Source: Candidatus Daviesbacteria bacterium RIFCSPLOWO2_01_FULL_39_23 (GTDB lineage Bacteria; Patescibacteriota; Microgenomatia; Daviesbacterales; UBA10151). From it: 64,000 bases of DNA. The position numbers were made by a program, and so were the translations under genes. Location of the stretch: positions 8,998 through 72,997 of the forward strand of contig MFDN01000008.1 in the NCBI GenBank assembly GCA_001776935.1, written 5' to 3'. Positions 60,521 to 64,000 of this stretch are shown here, piece after piece. The notes beneath the pieces are model-generated. The model saw only the letters and a list, made by a program, of their open reading frames with translations, searched no databases and was not told the origin of the DNA. Each line of letters begins with the position of its first letter. The stretch's first letter is position 1.

Positions 60521-61855
60521 TTGATTTCTCTATTAGGGTGTGAAATAGTTAATCTAATGCCCAATAAATCTAAAGAGATATATTTTGAAAGAGGTTTTTC
60601 CCATTTTGTGGTTTTGCTGATTTCTGCAGTTGTTATTATCCTAGTTCTTCTCCCCGGTGCAAAAACTATAAAACAGCAAGAAAACTTTACTTCCCAAGAA
60701 CCAAAAAACGTTTTGGGAGAAAAGCAGCAAATTGCACTTACTCCTTGTTCAGGCGGAGGCTTAACAGCTGCTGTTTATAAAGATTTTCAAATGCAGTATA
60801 CCAATGAGAATTTCCTCCGGGTGGTCAATTCAAAAGACTTGTTAAAAGATGTAAGTCAGCTTAAAGATTTAACCTGTTTACAATATCTGGATGCCACTGA
60901 CCAAACTGTAAAGGGTGATATTAAAGATTTAAAAAACCTAACAAATTTGGAGGTATTTAGCCTGTATTCTAACCCCGAAGTCTCAGGGGATATTTGCTCT
61001 TTATCTAATGCAACAAAGCTCAGAAGTTTAAAGTTTGCCTTTGATCCAAAAATAACAGGCGATATTTCCTGTTTAAAAAACTTAACAAACTTGGAAACTT
61101 TTGCCATGACTCATACCCAAATTTCAGGAGACATAAGTGTTTTTGCCAATATGCCAAATTTAAAAGCAATTTATTTAAGTGGCACTAATACTAAAGGTGA
61201 TATCTGTTCGCTTAAAAATTTGACTAATCTGGAAGAGTTGGGGATAGCGGATGAATATCCGGGAAATCCTGATATAACAGGTGATTTATCATGCCTTAAT
61301 GGTTTGCAGAAGCTAAAAAGGGTTGCCATTTATAATACTAAAACAACTAACTGCGAAGCATTTACAAAGTCCCACCCAACTCTTGCTCAGACTACCACGG
61401 AATCAGGGAAGCAAGGCGGCGGAGGATGTTCAAAAGAATCAATGAAAACTTCAGTCAATTATGGCCAAAAATATGAGAAAAAAATAGGGAAAGAAGTTCA
61501 AACAGAAGTTAGAGGGCAACCTGGCTATAACAAAGAAAAGACCGGTGGCGCAGGTCCAAATAATGGTGACGAAAGAGGTTCAAATCAAGGGTTGGATAGA
61601 GGGCCAGATAATCGAAATTTCTTTCAAAAATTGATTAGTTCAATATTGGGTATTTTTGGGATTAAGACAGAGGGTCCGCAAGGTAATTCGGGTCCATCTG
61701 CAAATATGAAAGGTGGAGGTGACCGAGGGCCAATGCTGGAAGGGGCGGTGGGACCGGGGGGATGTAAGTCTCAGACAGAATGTGACGCTTTCTGTAATAA
61801 AGTGGAAAACCGCGACACTTGTGATAAATTTACTCCGCCGGGAGAAAAAAGATAA
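60521..61855 (+). CDS. Anchored leucine-rich-repeat protein with a Gly-rich C-terminal region
   Basis: Repeated LKNLTNLE..F....ISGDIS.L units after an N-terminal TM helix. Confidence 0.6.
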   Translation: MISLLGCEIVNLMPNKSKEIYFERGFSHFVVLLISAVVIILVLLPGAKTIKQQENFTSQEPKNVLGEKQQIALTPCSGGGLTAAVYKDFQMQYTNENFLRVVNSKDLLKDVSQLKDLTCLQYLDATDQTVKGDIKDLKNLTNLEVFSLYSNPEVSGDICSLSNATKLRSLKFAFDPKITGDISCLKNLTNLETFAMTHTQISGDISVFANMPNLKAIYLSGTNTKGDICSLKNLTNLEELGIADEYPGNPDITGDLSCLNGLQKLKRVAIYNTKTTNCEAFTKSHPTLAQTTTESGKQGGGGCSKESMKTSVNYGQKYEKKIGKEVQTEVRGQPGYNKEKTGGAGPNNGDERGSNQGLDRGPDNRNFFQKLISSILGIFGIKTEGPQGNSGPSANMKGGGDRGPMLEGAVGPGGCKSQTECDAFCNKVENRDTCDKFTPPGEKR

Positions 61856-61939
61856 AATCACAGGAAATCACTAAATTAACTTTCCCCAAACCATCATCTA
61901 TTATTGTCAAACGATATAATTTGTGAGAAAGTTTAATTA

Positions 61940-63178
61940 ATGCCTAATTTGAAGCGTTTTATTTCCTGGAAATTAATTTTTGCTCCTTTTATTATTTTTG
62001 CCCTTCTGGTTTTGTCCCGGATTATTTTTCATACAGTGGATAGGTTTCTTTGGTCTCGGGAGCTTGATAATTCCCTTATTTTCCACCCGGAACAATTGCC
62101 GGAGTGTGAAGACAAAAAAGTTTTCTTTACAACATCGCCGATTAAAGATGGTTTATATCGCAATATTGTTCCCTTAGGTAAATTTGGGCCAGAGAGCGGC
62201 CATGTTTTTCCTACAAAGCATACTTATTTTATGGCTCCTGCTAAAAATATTGAGGAGCAATATGACGTTGATATCTTTGCGCCAGGGGATTTATTTATTA
62301 CAACTGTCCAGCGCTGGAACAATAAAACACTGGGTCTTACAGAGTACTTTCTTTATGCCTCTCCCTGCAAAGACGTTGAGGTTACTTTCTACCATTTGAA
62401 TGAATTGACTCCTAAACTTTTAAGTGCGCTTGATAAAACTGATTATTGTAAGGAAGAACAAACCGGTAATACCAAATATGAATTTTGTGGAAGAAATACA
62501 AAAGGGATTACTGTAAAAGCCGGTGAGCTTTTGGGTAAAGCCAATCCGGCTAAGAAAAAAAGTATAAAGCAGTTTCTTGACTTTGGCATGTCTGATCACC
62601 GGACTTCGGAGCTAAAATTTACCAACCCCAGCCGTTGGGTGGGGGATTTTGATAAGAAACATATGGTTTGCCCTTATGACTACTTTACACCGGAACTCCG
62701 CCAAAAGTTTTTGTCCCAAATGGCTGATTATGATGATCCAAGTATAAAAAGAACTATTGAACCTCTTTGTGGGGAATATATGCAAGATGTTTCTGGTACT
62801 GCCCAGGGAGTATGGTTTAGAGTTGGAGCTGACAGTAGAGAAGAGGATGCCCAAATTACTTTGGCCCATCATAATGTCTTAGCCCAAAAAGGAATTTTTT
62901 CAATCGGTACGATGGCTACACAAACTATAGAAGCGGGAACTTATCCTTTTGACCCTAAACCTCAAGGCTTAACAAACCGTGATTTTAAGGATATTACCGC
63001 TGATGGAAAAACTTATTGTTTTGAACCAAGTGCCTTGACGGGTACTTATAAGTATCCTTTCCGGGTTATTTTACAAATGACTTCATCCACCAAACTTAAA
63101 ATTGAAGGCCAAAAAACCGAGGGTTGTGGCAGCGGTCCATGGCAGTTTGACAGTGATGTGGTGGAGTTTGAACGGTAA
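61940..63178 (+). CDS. Hypothetical anchored/secreted protein
   Basis: 412 aa with an N-terminal TM helix. It shares a 23-nt start-region block with the gene at 55096. Confidence 0.45.
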   Translation: MPNLKRFISWKLIFAPFIIFALLVLSRIIFHTVDRFLWSRELDNSLIFHPEQLPECEDKKVFFTTSPIKDGLYRNIVPLGKFGPESGHVFPTKHTYFMAPAKNIEEQYDVDIFAPGDLFITTVQRWNNKTLGLTEYFLYASPCKDVEVTFYHLNELTPKLLSALDKTDYCKEEQTGNTKYEFCGRNTKGITVKAGELLGKANPAKKKSIKQFLDFGMSDHRTSELKFTNPSRWVGDFDKKHMVCPYDYFTPELRQKFLSQMADYDDPSIKRTIEPLCGEYMQDVSGTAQGVWFRVGADSREEDAQITLAHHNVLAQKGIFSIGTMATQTIEAGTYPFDPKPQGLTNRDFKDITADGKTYCFEPSALTGTYKYPFRVILQMTSSTKLKIEGQKTEGCGSGPWQFDSDVVEFER

Positions 63179-63187
63179 GCAATATTT

Positions 63188-63943
63188 ATGATAAGAAAAG
63201 TTTTGATTGGTAGTGGAGTTTTAATTCTGCTTTTAATAACAGTACTCTTTGTTTCTCTTAAGATCAATGAAAATCAACCTCCTCCAAAGCTTGTGGCTAA
63301 TTTTGTTGATATAAACAAAGTAAGACAGATCTCTAAATACAGGTCTTGTGTTGGGCATACAACTGTACCGCAAGATGGGCGGGAAAGCAAGAGAAGTATG
63401 AAGCATTATTTTGAGGTGAAGCCGGAGTTTAATAAAAACCAAACAGTGGAGATTTATTCTCCCTATGATGGGTATGTAACTGCTCTCCGTTCAGATCCGG
63501 GAGAGGGGTTGGAAGGGGAAATATGGATTATCCCTAAAAGAAAGCTGGCAATGCTGCCGCCCTTTGGGGTTTGGCAATTTAGTGTCCAGCATATTGATGT
63601 AAGAAAAGATCTGAAAATGGGAAGTGAGGTTAGAGCAGGAGAGCAAATAGGTTATGCTGCATTTTCAGGAAGCAGGATACCTACTTTTGATATTGTCTAT
63701 GGGAAAATGGCTTTTCCTCCAACTCCCAAAAAGATAGATAACTGGAACTCACCTTTTGCAGATTTGGACTCTGTTTTTAACCATATGTCTGAAGAAGTAT
63801 TGGCTCAGTATCAACAGAAGGAATTATCTAAAGAATCTATAGTTTTGAGCAAAGAGGCAAGAGACCAAAATTCTTGTGTATATAAAGATAACGGCCCTTA
63901 CTTTATTGATGACAGCCCTGATAATTGGTCAGTGCTCCAATAA
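63188..63943 (+). CDS. Hypothetical anchored protein (possible degenerate M23/LytM-like segment)
   Basis: N-terminal TM helix. VRAGEQIGYAAFSGS resembles an M23 G-rich loop, but the HxH motif is absent. Confidence 0.4.
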   Translation: MIRKVLIGSGVLILLLITVLFVSLKINENQPPPKLVANFVDINKVRQISKYRSCVGHTTVPQDGRESKRSMKHYFEVKPEFNKNQTVEIYSPYDGYVTALRSDPGEGLEGEIWIIPKRKLAMLPPFGVWQFSVQHIDVRKDLKMGSEVRAGEQIGYAAFSGSRIPTFDIVYGKMAFPPTPKKIDNWNSPFADLDSVFNHMSEEVLAQYQQKELSKESIVLSKEARDQNSCVYKDNGPYFIDDSPDNWSVLQ

Positions 63944-64000
63944 ATCCCCAGAATTTTAGCCTCGCTTTTTTTATTGGTAGAAGATATAATTTCTCAATGA

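Overview
This is a low-GC, gene-dense bacterial window. It has strong AGGAGG-type ribosome-binding sites and many 1-20 nt gene overlaps. The architecture looks like a small-genome, Patescibacteria/CPR-like lineage, but that is inference only. I found no rRNA, tRNA or CRISPR.

- **1-17.2 kb, housekeeping block:** rseP (5'-truncated by the window edge), proS, tig, a HIT-family gene, rpsU, a GatB/YqeY-like gene, ybeY, dnaX, glyA-folD, ybaB, an unknown ORF, recR, two unknown ORFs, cysS, cmk, an M16 peptidase, a PAP2 phosphatase and dgkA.
- **17.3-40.2 kb, purine block:** a cupredoxin gene, then a large de novo purine cluster with purF, a purN-purD fusion, purL with a PurS-like N-terminus, purQ, guaA, purA on the minus strand, two archaeal-type purP paralogs, purH, purB, purE, purC, prs and purM.
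- **26.2-29.9 kb, accessory island inside the purine cluster:** an IS481-family insertion sequence with a frameshifted transposase and TCTAGG target-site duplications, immediately followed by a complete diversity-generating retroelement (DGR). This is the headline finding.
  - The DGR has a target gene whose 3' end is a 135-bp variable repeat (VR) and a 135-bp template repeat (TR).
  - VR and TR differ at 19 positions, and TR carries adenine at every one of them.
  - An Avd-like four-helix-bundle gene sits on the opposite strand, next to an (AG)11 microsatellite.
  - The reverse transcriptase has the DGR-type GxxxSQ and YADD motifs.
- **40.2-64 kb, envelope, stress and membrane genes:** polysaccharide deacetylase, PAP2-like and FNR-like membrane proteins, an S9 hydrolase, a PQQ-type sugar dehydrogenase, a class A beta-lactamase-like protein, cytochrome b5-like and TspO proteins, an MFS transporter, an LRR protein and several stress-type small proteins.
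- **Other observations worth a second look:**
  - a repeated about 100-nt intergenic element with inverted termini, present in two copies;
  - short GC-rich palindromic in-frame insertions in dnaX, purL, purQ, guaA and purP2 that share 9-10-mers;
  - a 340-nt GC-rich noncoding island that is probably a structured RNA;
  - a near-consensus sigma70 promoter with a flanking 13-bp inverted repeat at purF.
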